A stretch of DNA of 64,000 nucleotides from Squalus acanthias (taxonomy: Eukaryota): NCBI GenBank assembly GCA_030390025.1, contig JASTWF010001160.1, positions 1 to 64,000 of the forward strand, read 5' to 3'. The first letter of the stretch is position 1. Each line of letters begins with the position of its first letter. Positions 36,656 to 49,024 of this stretch are shown here, one piece after another. A program made the translations under genes and the position numbers. A model generated the notes under the pieces. It saw only the letters and a list, made by a program, of their open reading frames with translations, was not told where the DNA came from and searched no databases.

Positions 36656-38484
36656 AACTGATATGCACAACACATACCCGCACTTTCCAACATGGAGGAC
36701 TGATTTTACTTCCCTGCCTCAGGAACAGTGAAGCCAGTTAAAGCATCCCTCATGCCACTCTGGCTAAAATAAGCACAGACCAGAAATTAAGCCTGCCACC
36801 TTCTCAGCACAGTTATGTGCTGCTTTTCCCAACTGAGTCAATGGAGAATCTTTCAAATTTTATCTGGTGAATTTAGTCGTCACAATTCCAGGGTATCATG
36901 GTCTGTGGAATTCTGGGAAGCTGATCTCAACAATGGCAGCAGACATATTTGCTACAAGTAGCCCTTATTCCCCAAGGTGCCGGGGAAGAAATTTAGCCAG
37001 GCTTTCCACTCCTGGGAAGTGTATGTGGGTAATAATAAGATTGGGCTTGGGTGTGATGCCCTTCACCATCAAACCGTCTGCCAGCACTCACTGTTTAGAT
37101 TCACATGCGAAGAAAGCCCACTTGGGTAAATACCTTAAGCATCTGTGGATTGATATCCTAGTCACGACCTTCAGGAGAGAAATGGGAGAATTAAGGCTGT
37201 GCACTCAAGCTGTCAATCACAAAAAGTGACGACATGCTTTCAATGTGGTCCAGAGTAATCTCCTACTTTATGCTCTCTAACACCAGTAGCAATCCCTGCA
37301 ATACTATACTGTACATAATAGTAGATCTCAAATTATATTACATTGATATGATACATTGCAGATGAATTAGAAAGCAGACAAAGACAAAGTAAAAGCTCTG
37401 AACTGTTTCCCTTCAATATGACTGTATTTTAATTTTCTAAATTAGTTTTTATATATGTTTGACTGGTAATAAAATGGCTCATTTAAATGACTATATTACA
37501 ATTTTAATATTAAATCCTGTAGTATACCAAAAAGCCATTTCTGCTGCTGTGCTAAAATATCATTCACATCATTGCCTCTGGAATTTATTTTGTATTCTCT
37601 CAGTCTTGATGCCTGAGGCATTTTTTATTCACTTCACAAATAGAAACATGCTTGGGTAATTAGAATCTTCCAATCCGGGGAAAACAATCTGTCCAATCTC
37701 ACTCCTGCCAGTAATTTCTAACTGGCTCAAATAGATATGTCTTCAACTCATCTGCAGCATTTGCAATTACATCGCTTCCTCATTAATTTCAACACTATCT
37801 GCTCACTTTCGTGTCTATAAACCATCTTTGGACAGGAGTAGATTGAGAGGGAGGGTTTCAAGAACACCAGTGAAATTCCTCGATTCATACGCATTCATAT
37901 GTCAGTGGTGTTAGACAGCACAAAAGAAGTGATTACGCTGGACCGTGCAGATAGCACATTAAAAGCATGGCGTGACTTTTTGTGATTGATGGTTTAAGAG
38001 TGCAGAGCCTTCATTCCAAACAAAGATGTTGTAGTCGTTTTTATTTCCCCTGTTTCTCTCTCTTCTTCTCCTGAAAATAGTGACCCATGCTGGGAGGTTG
38101 TTTCAGGGGTGCTTCAGATACTTAATCCCAAGTCGGTGTTCTTCACCGGTGAACCTACACGTGAGTGTCAGCAGGCTGTTATGTTATATGCTGCAAAATA
38201 ACAATTCAGACCATCAGTGTTTCTGAATGTAGCCTCTTACTGAGACCTGCACTCTTTTTCACACTCTGATTTATTTGTTTTTGATCTGTTTTGCGCTCAT
38301 TCAAGGTGCAAGACGTGGACATTGTGGCGAGTGGAACATGTTTTCCATTTCTTGCACCCAGCTAGTGGAAGCATCGAGCATTCTGAGATCAGGTACAGCA
38401 AGGCCAGATGGAGGAAATTTTCCTCTACTCTGTCCCAACAATGTAACGTCACCACAACCACAGAAGAGCACTGCCACAAACAAA

Positions 38485-38735
38485 GGCTTGCATTTCTATA
38501 GCGTCTTTCATAACCTCAGGATGACCCAAAGCCCTTTACAGCCAATTAAGTACTTTTGAAGTGTAGTCACTGGTGTAATGTAGGGAAACGTGGCAGCCAA
38601 TTTGCACACAGCAAGCTCCCGCACACAGCAATGTGATAATGACCAGATAATCTGTTTTAATGATGTTGATTGAGGGATAAATATTGGCTAGGAGACCAGG
38701 AGAACTCTCCCACTCTTCTTCAAATAATGCCGTGG
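38485..38735 (-). mobile_element. SacSINE1-like SINE 3' half
   Basis: Family tail and Deu-domain portion. Confidence 0.85.
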
Positions 38736-38794
38736 AAGGAAGTCAAATGAGGTGAGAAAACTACTGAAGTTAAACTGTTGGCGTAGGATTCTTT

Positions 38795-39688
38795 GGGGTA
38801 AAAATTCAGTTGGTTGCGCCTCCCGTTAGCGCCTTAAGAGGGCGCTAATGGGGCGCAAAGCCGCTAACGCCCGGGCGCAGCGATGTTTGCGCCGCTCGGG
38901 AACTTAACTAGAGATTGTGCGGCGGCGCTAAACTTTACCGCTGCGACCACCTGCGCGCGCAGATTGTGACGTCATTCCATGGTGCAACGCCCTTGTGGCG
39001 CCCCGGAGCGGAAATTGAGTGGCGCCCCCTGCCTTACCGCCTGGCGCATCCAACGACCAGAAGACTGGAACGCTATCAATCGCTGTGGGGCTGGGGGGGG
39101 GCGCTATTTAAAGGGGGCCTCTTCCTGCCTTTTATTGTTGGTGGCATTTTTGAACTACGCATTCTGAGAGCGAGAGGGAGAGACTTCTGGAGAGATTCAA
39201 CGTTGTGTGAAGGAGTTTTGGGTACTGAGCAGCACTTTGCAGGTTCATTTTGATTTGCCATTCCTTGTATCGATTTAGCAGAGACTGTGGGAGCTGCACT
39301 CTGAGCTCTTTGCCTGATACTCTCCATTGTTCGTTCCAGCACATTTGATGTGCAAGTCTCTCCAGGCCGAGATTCAAGGCTGCAATGAACAGGATGTGGA
39401 TGGAAAGCAAGATTAACCATCCCCTTTAAGAACTGGCCCGTGCCATTGTGTGTGTGTTCCATTGCTGACTGACATTACATGAGCTTCGCCAGCGCTCTGA
39501 GTTAGCGCCTCACTCCTTGGCCTTTGCGCCTTAAGACAGGTGTGCAGCGCCTGATTTAGCGCTCCACTCACCTCCCGGGGCGGTAAAAGTGAAGTTTCCA
39601 GTCAGTGCTGATAATTAGCGCCAGGCGCTAATATTTGCGTCCAGACGATATTTGCGCCCCAAATGGGGCGCGACCTAATTTTTACCCC
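38795..39688. mobile_element. Harbinger-derived MITE (894 bp)
   Basis: Perfect TIR ggggtaaaaatt / aatttttacccc, TSD TTT. Confidence 0.9.
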
Positions 39689-39709
39689 TTTAACTTTAAA
39701 AAAAAATTT

Positions 39710-40050
39710 CCCTTTTTTGCTGAAGGTGCTGACTAATGCAGGGATACAGTCCTGTGGATGCCAGACACTCTCTGCTGCCTCACCCACCTTGCCGCTCCTC
39801 GGGTGTGAGGCTAGAAAGTGAGTGTTTACAGGCTATTGGGGCATGGAGGGACATCAGTGCTGAACTAGATCTGGTCTTTATCAACATTCACACTTGTGGA
39901 TTTTCCAGCAAGGATCAGTGGATAACAATGGCCTTTTTCTTTCTTTTGGTGGCCAAAGGGTACTGAGGTCAATTGCGGTGTCTCTTCTGCTGCCCTGGCT
40001 GACATCAGTAAATTGAACTCAGACCAGGATTCGGACCTGGGACTGTCCTA
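39710..40050 (-). mobile_element. Old SINE family B copy
   Basis: ctgaaggtgctgact..tttccagcaaggatcagtggata..actcagaccaggattcggacctgggac. Confidence 0.55.
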
Positions 40051-40914
40051 GAGTAGATAGGTCCAACTGAAGAGCTAGCATGGCACAGGTACAACGGGCC
40101 ACATGGCCTCCTTATGTGGTATAATTTATGATTCTGCGGTCAGCGTAACTCAGTGCTACAGCAGGCAGTTCATTTGCCCATTGAGGTAGTAAGGGAACTG
40201 TAGTTTGGAGGTTTGAACAACCTTTACTTTGGGTCCAAAGGCAAAACTGACACTTATCATAGATAATGTATATATAAAATATTTTAAACTTCCAAAAATA
40301 TTCAAGAAATAATTGTACATGACATTTACTTTCGGTGAATTTTTAAGATTCGAGTTTACTGCTGGGAAGGAGTATGCATTCCAAGTAGTGGCAATACACA
40401 GGCTGGGTGAGTGTTCATACAATCCCTGATTTTCTAATGAGAGGCGGGGGAATCCAGTCTCTGGTATTCAGGTGAATGGTGTTTGAATCCAAACAGTACA
40501 CATTGCCTTATCTGTGACCTATACATCTATGAACAGTATGCTTCAGGAATACCTGTAACAGGCAGTATCTATTTGGCTGTATTTCTATGAGTCCGTGTGT
40601 GCCTTTGTTTGCTTGTAGGAGTGTCAGGTGTGCATCTAACACGTGCCTGTGTGTTAGGTGTCTATGTTATTCTTGTATGGGTGTTTATCTGATAACAGGA
40701 TAAATTTATTGAAGCCCTGGAAAAATAAGACCCAAAATACTTTCTAAAATATATACAACTAAATTCAACAATTTATCAAGTATATATATTTTTAAACAGA
40801 GGAAATTAAATTTTAAAATGTCCTGTTATAAGTTCAAAATGGCACATGGGGGTCATGTGGCATTGGGTGTCCAAGGGAGAAGGATTACTCTGTTCATTAC
40901 ACATCAGCAACTTG

Positions 40915-41155
40915 CACTTCTGGAATTCCCTGCCTAAACCTGTCCACCTCGCTACCTCTCTTTCCTCCTTTAAGACGCTCCTTAAAACCTACCTCTTTGA
41001 CCAAGGTTTTGGTCACCTGCCCTAATTTATCCTTATGTGGATCGGTGTCAAATTTTTTGTCTTAAAATACTCCTGTGCAGCGCCTTAGGACGTTTTACTA
41101 TGTTAAAGGCGCTATATAAATACAAGTTGTTGTTGTTATTGTTGTTGTTGTTGTA
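40915..41155 (+). mobile_element. L2 LINE 3' end with (TTG)n tail
   Basis: LWNSLPKP...SFKTLLKTYLFDQ; ggcgctatataaatacaag(ttg)n. Confidence 0.85.
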
Positions 41156-41159
41156 TAGG

Positions 41160-41336
41160 TGCCTGGAATTTTCATGGGGGCTCGACTGATCTCCCGCTCT
41201 AATTTCAGTGGAAGACAGGCGGAAACCCTGGAGAATCGACGTAAATAGCTGTTTCTGCCGTTTCTCCAGGGTGTCCACTGACCTTCTGCCAAAATCAAAG
41301 TGAGGGATCGGGAGAACACTGCAGAAATTCTCCCCC
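41160..41336. mobile_element. Small Harbinger-type MITE
   Basis: TIR tgcctggaattt / aaattctccccc, TSD AGG. Confidence 0.65.
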
Positions 41337-41624
41337 AGGGTCTTTAACATAGCCCAGCATTCCCAAAAGGCTTCACAAAAGGTGAGGTTGAGGATCAGAC
41401 ACTGAGCTGGTTTTGGAGGAGAGTTAGGGGTAGTGACGAAAGGTGTGATGGAAGAGAACGGTTTTGAAGTGACTTTTGAAAGGAACAGCAACATAGGAAC
41501 AGGAGTAGGCCATTAATCTCCTCGAGCCTGTTCCACCATTCAGTTAGATCATGGCTAGTCTGTACCTCAACTCCAATTACCCGCCTTTGCTCTATATCCT
41601 TACATACCCTTACCTAACAATAAT

Positions 41625-41717
41625 CAAAAGTGAGAAGTCGCACAACACCAGGTTATAGTCCAACAGCTTTATTTGAAATCACAAGCTTTCGGAGCGCTGC
41701 TCCTTCGTCAGGTGAAT
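41625..41717 (-). mobile_element. Penelope-like family A fragment
   Basis: Near-identical to the arms of 48813-49024. Confidence 0.8.
41679..41715 (-). ncRNA. Minimal hammerhead ribozyme motif (family A)
   Basis: Minus strand UCAC-CUGACGA-A-GGAGC-agc-GCUCC-GAAA-GC-UU-GUGA. Confidence 0.7.
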
Positions 41718-43719
41718 CACCACACTTTGTGCGAAAAAAAGCTTCCAAATTTCACTCCTAAATAGTCTAGCTCTAATGTTAAGATGCCCCCTTGTTCTGG
41801 ATTCGCCCACCAGAGGAAATAGTTTCTCTGAATCTACCCTATTGAATCCCTTTATCATTTTAAACACTTCAGTTAGATCACCCTCAACTTTCTAAACTCA
41901 AGAGAATACAGGCCAAGTTTATGCAAACTGTCTTCATAATTTAACCCTTTAAGCCCCTGTATCATTCTGGTGATATATTCCAAGGCCAATATATCTTTCC
42001 TGAGATGCGGTGCCGGAGTGAACGCAGTAATCCTGATGGGGGTCTGACCAAGACTGTGCAACTGAAGTGTCACTTCCTCACTTTTGAATTCTACCTCCCT
42101 TGAGCTAAAGGTTAACATTCCATTCAGCTTTTTTGATTACTTTTTGTACCTGTGCACTCGCACAAGAGGAGGGATGGAGAACAGCAAAGAGGCTTAGGGA
42201 GAAAGTACCAGAGAGCGGGGCTATGATAGTTGAAGCTGGGCCACTGACAGCAGGGCGGAGGGAGAGGGAGGGATGCCCTGTAGTTGGAAAAGCAGAGCGT
42301 GCGAGCTGGGACCTAGAGTTGGGGCAGATGGTAGCAGTATGGTGGGTGGAGAGAGGCTGTGAAGAGATTTGTACGGATTTTGAAATAGTGAATAGAGCAA
42401 GTCTAGCCCCAAGTGTTAAAGTGTTAGAAATGTGCGCTCCATACAGTATAAAAATCCGAACAGAAAGCAAATTCTCCATTCAAGGGATTAGAAAAAGATG
42501 TTGATTAAAAAGGAAATGAACAGAGACTTTTAAAATTTTTGTTCTGGCATGGTGTTGTGGGGATTAGCAGAATAATGCGAGTATTAATGGACAGCATATG
42601 CGTGAGGAAAATGGAGAGATTTACAGTGCAAAATAAATCCAACTGTTTTCACAAGGCTGAGTTGCTTTGTGACCTTTAATCTGATGCTTTCAATTTCTAA
42701 CGCACTCAGGAAATCCTCTCACAAAGCTGCTCGAGTACTACCCTCCTCACGCTGAGAAGGAGCCAGAGCTCCTTTTCTTTAAAGGGATGGCTATTTCAAG
42801 GCCTGATAGCTACACCATTCCTGCCTTTGTATGCTTGATATTACCAGGGCTGATTGAGACAAATCTAAAAGCGCAACAACAATTACAGAGGCAACATCTC
42901 TGCCCTAGATGCCGTGTATGATTGGGTCTAAACATAAGCGCTCTCCTTAAAGGCCTATGTCACCCAGCAATTCCAATTTATAAAATTCCATTGTGTGATG
43001 ATAGCCGTACTGAGAAAGCAGCCAGTCGCTATCAAAGAAGGTGCAGGTGGATCAAGTGCAAAGGGATTTATATATTCTACCAAGCATCCCCTAATTTACG
43101 ATGAGAATTATTTGAGGATGATTGCCTCTATCAGGCACAAGTCATTTGGGTCACAGGAGGTCACGATGATGGGCGCGACAAGCACAAGTGTGTTTTTTTC
43201 TAAGTATCACCCAGAGATGTGCTTTGAACCAGATAAACTACTTTTGAATGGAAGGTTAGTTTATAGAAAAATTTGGTCTCCCACAAAACATCAGCTCTCG
43301 ACACCTCTGCACTGAAGAAGTTTTAATGGTCAGAAAGACATTTATGTTTGGGTGACACCACAGTCAGTGTTATTGATATTCTATTTGGAACCATACTATG
43401 CCACCCACAATTGCCATTAAATTGGCACAAAGGACATAAAGATGGCTGGTGTGGGAGATGGAAATGTCACACTGGTGCAGTGGGAGATGCTATTCAAATG
43501 TTGGGTTAATGCAGATTGTTAGGCAGTCTTTGGAAACCTGACCAGAAAAGACCTTATCAGATGACATATCCAGCTTGACCTCTGTTTGACTACCAGCTGA
43601 CTGAGACAGCATGCAAAGCCAATCCCCAAGCTCAAACTTAAACCAAAGGTCTGATATCTGTCTCAGTAGTGGTATTAATTTTTAACTGATAATTGTGATT
43701 TGTTTTTAAGTACCTCTTA

Positions 43720-43960
43720 CCCAGCTCCTTGAATAGTTCAATGGGTAAAGGCGCTGCCCAATGTTTCACTGAGCAATACAAACCAAAGAAGGTGCAAGGT
43801 TCTTCTGTGCTGAGGTGCCTGATCTTAACCGGGGTTACTGTTGAGGCGTTACAAGTGGTCTGAGTGCCCTGGGAAAGCATGCAGAGTTTCTGCTCCTAAT
43901 AGCTGTCCACTGACTCCTGCTGAAAAGTGACTGTCTGTTGGTGTAGACTAATAACAGGCA
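43720..43960 (+). mobile_element. Old SINE family B copy including head
   Basis: tagttcaatgggtaaag..ggttc..tgtgctgaggtgcctgatct..ctgactcctgctgaaaagtg. Confidence 0.5.
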
Positions 43961-43984
43961 ATCTTCTGAGCAGGCAAGATGAAC

Positions 43985-44475
43985 AGTCGCCGGAAACTGG
44001 CGGGGTCCTTCTTTAAATATACAGATTGGGCTCTGATGATGTTATTGGGGCCCGACTGCTATTTTAACCAGAGGCCTCTGAGGGGAAGCCATTGTGACTT
44101 TCCAGCTGGGCCAACTTAGCAGGAAGTGTTTTTCCTTTTTTTGACATCCCTTGTGGGGCCAGGAAGAACAGGAGTGCTCCTCTGGGCCTACAGTAAGAGT
44201 CCCTGCCCCGGGCATCCTTCCAGCCCCCAGCTGCGAGGCCCTGACGAATCCCCTCGCAGCCACTTACCTGAGTGCCGGGGACTGTTCCTTCGGCCCAGGC
44301 GGTAGCTTCCTGCTGCCCGACATACAGCCAGCTGGTTTTGGGCAGGAGTATGACGGGCCCTATGCAGATGAGTTCAAATCTCCCGGGCCTCATGCTGCTG
44401 AGGTCAGGACAGTTTGTTGCCAGCCTTGGTCCCCCGCCACCACTCTGCGTGACTGCCCCCCCTGAGTTAAGAACT
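43985..44475. mobile_element. GC-rich MITE remnant
   Basis: Composition and motifs like the Harbinger MITEs; termini not resolved. Confidence 0.4.
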
Positions 44476-44949
44476 CTTTAGACTCTTGCATGTAGAATGG
44501 TCACGTTAGCAAGTCATTGAAGGGCAGCTGGTGTCCTTGGAACTTTACCTCAGCATGTCTCTGTTTCTTTAGTGGTGGTGTGAGCAGAATTTGAAGCAGA
44601 AATTTACAAAAAGAATGAGGTTATTATCTGCTAACATTTCAAATGAAATTTCTGTTAACCTCTTTCACCTTCATACAAATCCAAAATAATGCCTTCTAGA
44701 TTGTTTACTTAAGCCTTCTTAGTGAGCTTCTAATGCATTTTTCAATTACATACTCCCAACCTTCATCAATAGCTACAAACGTCCATTATTTTATTGAGTT
44801 TTGTGAAAATTTATTGTAAAATTGAGCTATCAATTAAATGACAGCCAAACGAGGATATTCTTCTGAAATCAGCTATTCTATAGATTGGAATTTCTGAGTT
44901 TTAGATACTTGATTGATCCAATGAATTGTTAAAGAACAATTGAAATGGA

Positions 44950-45892
44950 AAGAAAGGACTTGCATTTCTATAGCGCTTTTCATGACCTCAGGATGTCCCA
45001 AAGTGCTTTGGAGCCAATGAAATACTTTTTGAAGTATTGTCACTGTTGTAATGTAGGAAACGCAGCAGCCAATATTTTTTTTTATTTGTTCACGGGATGT
45101 GGGCATCGCTGGCAAGGCCAGCATTTATTGCCCATCCCTAATTGCCCTTGAGAAGGTGGTGGTGAGCTGCCTTTTTGAACCGCTGCAGTCCGTGTGGTGA
45201 TACTTCTTTGTAGCAGTTTGGTACAACTGAATGGCTTGCTAGGCCATTTCAGAGGGCAGTTAAGAGGCAACCACATTGCTGTGGGTCTGGAGTCACATCT
45301 AGGCCAGACCGGGTAAGGATGGCAGATTTGCTTCCCTAAAGGAGATTAGTGAACCAGATGGGTTTTTATGACAATCCAATAGTTTCATGGTTACCATTAC
45401 TGACACTAGCTTTTTATTCCAGATTTATCTAATTAACTGAATTTAAATTCCCCAGCTGCCATGGTGGGATTTGAACTCACGTCTCTGGATCATTAGTCCA
45501 GGCCTCTGGTTTTTTAGTCCAGTAACATAACCACTATGCTACCGTACCTCTGAATATGTGCACAGCAAGGTCTCTCAAACAGCAATTGATACTGATGATG
45601 ACCAGATCATTTGTTTTGGTTAAGGGAGAAGTATTGGCCAGGACATCGAGGGAACTCTCCTGCTTTTATTTTTGAAATAGTGCAATGGGATCTTTTATGT
45701 TAACCTGAGAAGGCAGACAGGCTTTCGGTTTAACATATCATCTGAAAGACGTCGCCTCTGACAGTGCAGCACTCCCTCAGTACTGCACTGGAGTATCAGC
45801 CTAGATTTTGTGCTCAAGTCTCCGGAGTGCGGCTTGAACCCATGACCTTCTGACTCAGAGGCGAGAGAGCTACCACTGAGCCATGGCTAACA
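44950..45892 (-). mobile_element. SacSINE1-like SINE split by SINE family C
   Basis: gcagcagcc|...|gtgcacagcaagg continuity across the insertion. Confidence 0.85.
45076..45548 (-). mobile_element. tRNA-derived SINE family C with 3' tail of the second LINE family
   Basis: Minus-strand head ggtacggtagcatagtgg (A box), gagttcaaatccc (B box); 45080-45200 matches LINE 3' end at 31290-31410; possible TSD aatat. Confidence 0.8.
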
Positions 45893-45949
45893 CATGTGAA
45901 GATCAAGCCATTAAATTCTTAAAGAACAATTAAAATAGAAGGAAAGAGC

Positions 45950-46390
45950 AAACTTGCATTTTTATAGCACCTTTCATGACCTCAGGACATTCCAAAGCGC
46001 TTTACAGCCAATGAAGTACTTTTGAAGTGTAACCATTGTTGTAATGTAGGAAACGCAGCAGCCAATTTGCGCACAGCAAGGTCCCACACACAGCAATGAA
46101 GTAATGGCCAGATAATCTGTTTTAGTGATTTGGGTTGAGGGATAAATATTGGCCAGGACACCGGGGATAACTCCCCTGCTCTTCTTCGAAAGATTGCCAT
46201 GGGATCTTTTACGTCCATCAGAGAGGGTAAATGTGGCCTCGGTTTAACGTCTCATCCAAAAGATGACATCTCTGACAGTGCAGCACTGTCTCAGCATTGC
46301 ACCGGAGCGTCAAGTCTCTGGAGTGGGACTTGAACCCACAACCTTCTGACTCAGAGGTGAGAGTGTTACCACTAAGCCATGACTGACACC
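45950..46390 (-). mobile_element. SacSINE1-like SINE
   Basis: Near full-length family match. Confidence 0.88.
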
Positions 46391-46859
46391 TAAATGAGTT
46401 TTAAAACTGGGAACTGCTTGAAAGTAAGACTTGCATTTATATTGCATTTTATCTCATCTCTCAAACAGCTCAAATTGTTTTACATACTATACAACGAATT
46501 GTTTTATTGCAATGTCTCACAAACAGCAGTGATATGAATGGCCAGTTAGTCTGTTGTTGTTTTTGTATTAGTTGAGGGAAGAATACTGGCCAGGACATCA
46601 GGAGAGCTGCCTACACTTCTTCAAACATTGCCATAGGATCTTTAACGGCCAACTGGCAGAGTTTCAGTCAAATGTCTTAACTCTCTGCATCTGTCATCAG
46701 TCCGTGCATCCCATCTTCACTCTTTGCTTTTATACTTACTCTCTGCATTTATCTTTATCTGAGCATCTGTCACCACTCTTTGCATCCATACTCGTTCTCG
46801 GCATTTATCTTCATTTTGAACACTATTTCCACTGGTTGTTTCATACCTAAGGCCAAAAG

Positions 46860-47125
46860 TTTGATATTCACCAAACGAACGAAGGGAGTGGTTAAGAGAT
46901 TTTTTCTGATGCAGAAGGTATTTAGAACATGGAATTGCCTAACAGAAACAGTGGTAGAAGCTGGATCTATAATAGCTTATCTATAAGGGAAGTGAATAAA
47001 TTGTTAAAAAATAAAATTTCAAAGGGGAAAAAGGAGAAAGGGCAGGTGAATTCTGACTAAGCTCTTTCAGAGAGTCGGCACGGGTATGATGGGCCGAATG
47101 ACCTCCTTCAGCGCTGTAACATTTT
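46860..47125 (+). mobile_element. CR1 3' fragment
   Basis: RTWNCLTETVVEA; gatgggccgaatgacctcctt 3' UTR. Confidence 0.7.
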
Positions 47126-48139
47126 GCGATAACACACTTCCAATTCCCGCTTTTACCTTTCCATTCTAAAAAAATTGATTAAAATACTTCCTTAATTTCT
47201 TCATTTTATTTCTATAGCCAACCTTACTTCCGGCTCCCATGCACACTACGCTCTTATTCTGAAAATTGAACTAAAAGAATTGTAAAAGTCAGATCTGCAA
47301 TGCAGCACCAATTCATATTTGCAACCCAATGCAGATCAAGATAAAGCTGTGTTAAAAAAAATGTTAAATTATTATCCAGCTTTGATAATCAGGCAAATCA
47401 GTCAGTGACACAGTTGTGACTGAATGTTATAAAATTTCATGACACAAAGCCAATTTTCTGGATTAGACATGTGCAGCCTTGCAATGTAGCAGAAATAGAC
47501 ACTGGAAGCTTTGATGTTGTGTTTAATGTGCTTCTGAATTGTCACTTGTCCAATGAAGTTTCTCATCAAGCCCTACAGTAAGAGTCTGTTTCTTTCATCT
47601 GAGGACATTGTGAATCCAACTAGTAACATTACCATCAGCTACAGGTGATGAAGGAGCTACAGTACATTTCTGAATACCCTAAAGAAGTCAGTCACTGCAT
47701 ATACGCCTTCGAAGTTTGCCCTGTCTTTGATGTTATGGTAGCTGGATTATTTTAGGATATTGAGATATGAAGTCTTTAGTAGAGCTGTAGCAAACTTCAA
47801 AATGCCACCTCTGGGAGGATCTTTTTCATGATTGCCATTGTGTAACCGTAATCCTGTGTGTTTTGAATAAATCCTTCTACTGGCAAGTGAAGATCTTACT
47901 GCCTGTCACTGGCTTACCTTTGCCATGGGGAGTGTTTGACTTCCTCTTCATTGCCATGGCTATGACCTTTTCAGTTTTTCTTTTCAGTTCGTTTTTTAGG
48001 GATACACTGGCTGGTGTTTGGCCTAGAGCTGTTTCCTTTGCTATGGCATTTCTCAATTATTAGCATCTTTGTTTTGGTTTGTTGCTCTTGTTGTTGCTGG
48101 GATTTCAAAGTTTTGCTCTAATATTACAGATGTGCTTCC

Positions 48140-48484
48140 ATTTTTTAATTCATTCTAGGGATGTGGGCATCACTGGCAAAGCCAGCATTCATTGCCCATC
48201 CCTAATTGTCCTTGCGAAGGTGGTGGTGAGCCGCCTTCTTGAACCGCTGCAGTCCGTGTGGAGGTACTCCCGCAGTGCTATTAGGGAGGGAGTCCCAGGA
48301 TTTTGACCCAGCGACGATGAAGAAATGGCGATATACTTCCAAGTCAGGATGGTGTGTGAGTTGGAAGGGAACTTTGAGATGATGGTGTTGCCACGCGCCT
48401 GCAGCCCTTGTCCTTCTAGGTGATAGAGGTCGCGAGTTTGAAGGATGCTGTTGAAGAAGCCTTGGCGAGTTGCTGCAGCCATCT
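48140..48484 (-). mobile_element. Second LINE family 3' fragment
   Basis: Matches 31290-31625. Confidence 0.85.
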
Positions 48485-48812
48485 TAGTTCTGGATCTCTT
48501 GGTGCTGTGGATTCAATACAGTTGTTTGGAAGTCATTCATGGAGATGTTAAAGTAACATTCTTCCTGTATGTACCCTAGACAGTGCGTATTGGTATTCAA
48601 CCATGGTGTGAACATCACAGCCAAACCCAATGCTCTATGTGGAGTCACTGGATGGCCATCAGGAGCAGCTTACTGGATGTTTATTCCCCTGTCTAGCACT
48701 GAGGTTAATAATAGTATCCAGCCACTCCCTTGGCTGAGATCAGTTAAACCAGCACAGGCCAGAGATTGAACCCGGGACATTCTTAGTCTATACCTCTTCA
48801 TTCACCCATTGA

Positions 48813-49024
48813 TGCGGAGATGCCGGTGTTGGACTGGGGTGGACAAAAGTGAGAAGTCGCACAACACCAGGTTATAGTCCAACAGCTTTATTTGAAATCA
48901 CAAGCTTTCGGAGCTGCTGCCCCTTCGTCACTTCACCTGACGAAGGAGCAGCCGCTCCGAAAGCTTGTGATTTCAAATAAAACTGTTGGACTATAACCTG
49001 GTGTTGTGCGACTTCTCACTTTTG
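48813..49024. mobile_element. Penelope-like family A palindromic mini-element
   Basis: ~88-bp inverted arms (48843-48930 / 48938-49024); flanking repeat ttcacccattga at 48801-48812 and 49025-49036. Confidence 0.8.
48933..48970 (+). ncRNA. Minimal hammerhead ribozyme motif (family A)
   Basis: UCAC-CUGACGA-A-GGAGC-agcc-GCUCC-GAAA-GC-UU^GUGA; stem I UCAC/GUGA; predicted cleavage after 48966. Confidence 0.72.

Larger units (their letters stand above)
41492..42152 (-). mobile_element. CR1 3' part interrupted by a Penelope-like fragment
   Basis: GLYSLEFRKLR, FPLVGESRTRGH; 3' UTR stem-loop. Confidence 0.85.

Noticed and set aside
42995-43315. 106-aa ORF in unique DNA (and similar short ORFs at 708, 14112, 38275, 56170)
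   Set aside because: No recognisable domain; lengths expected by chance
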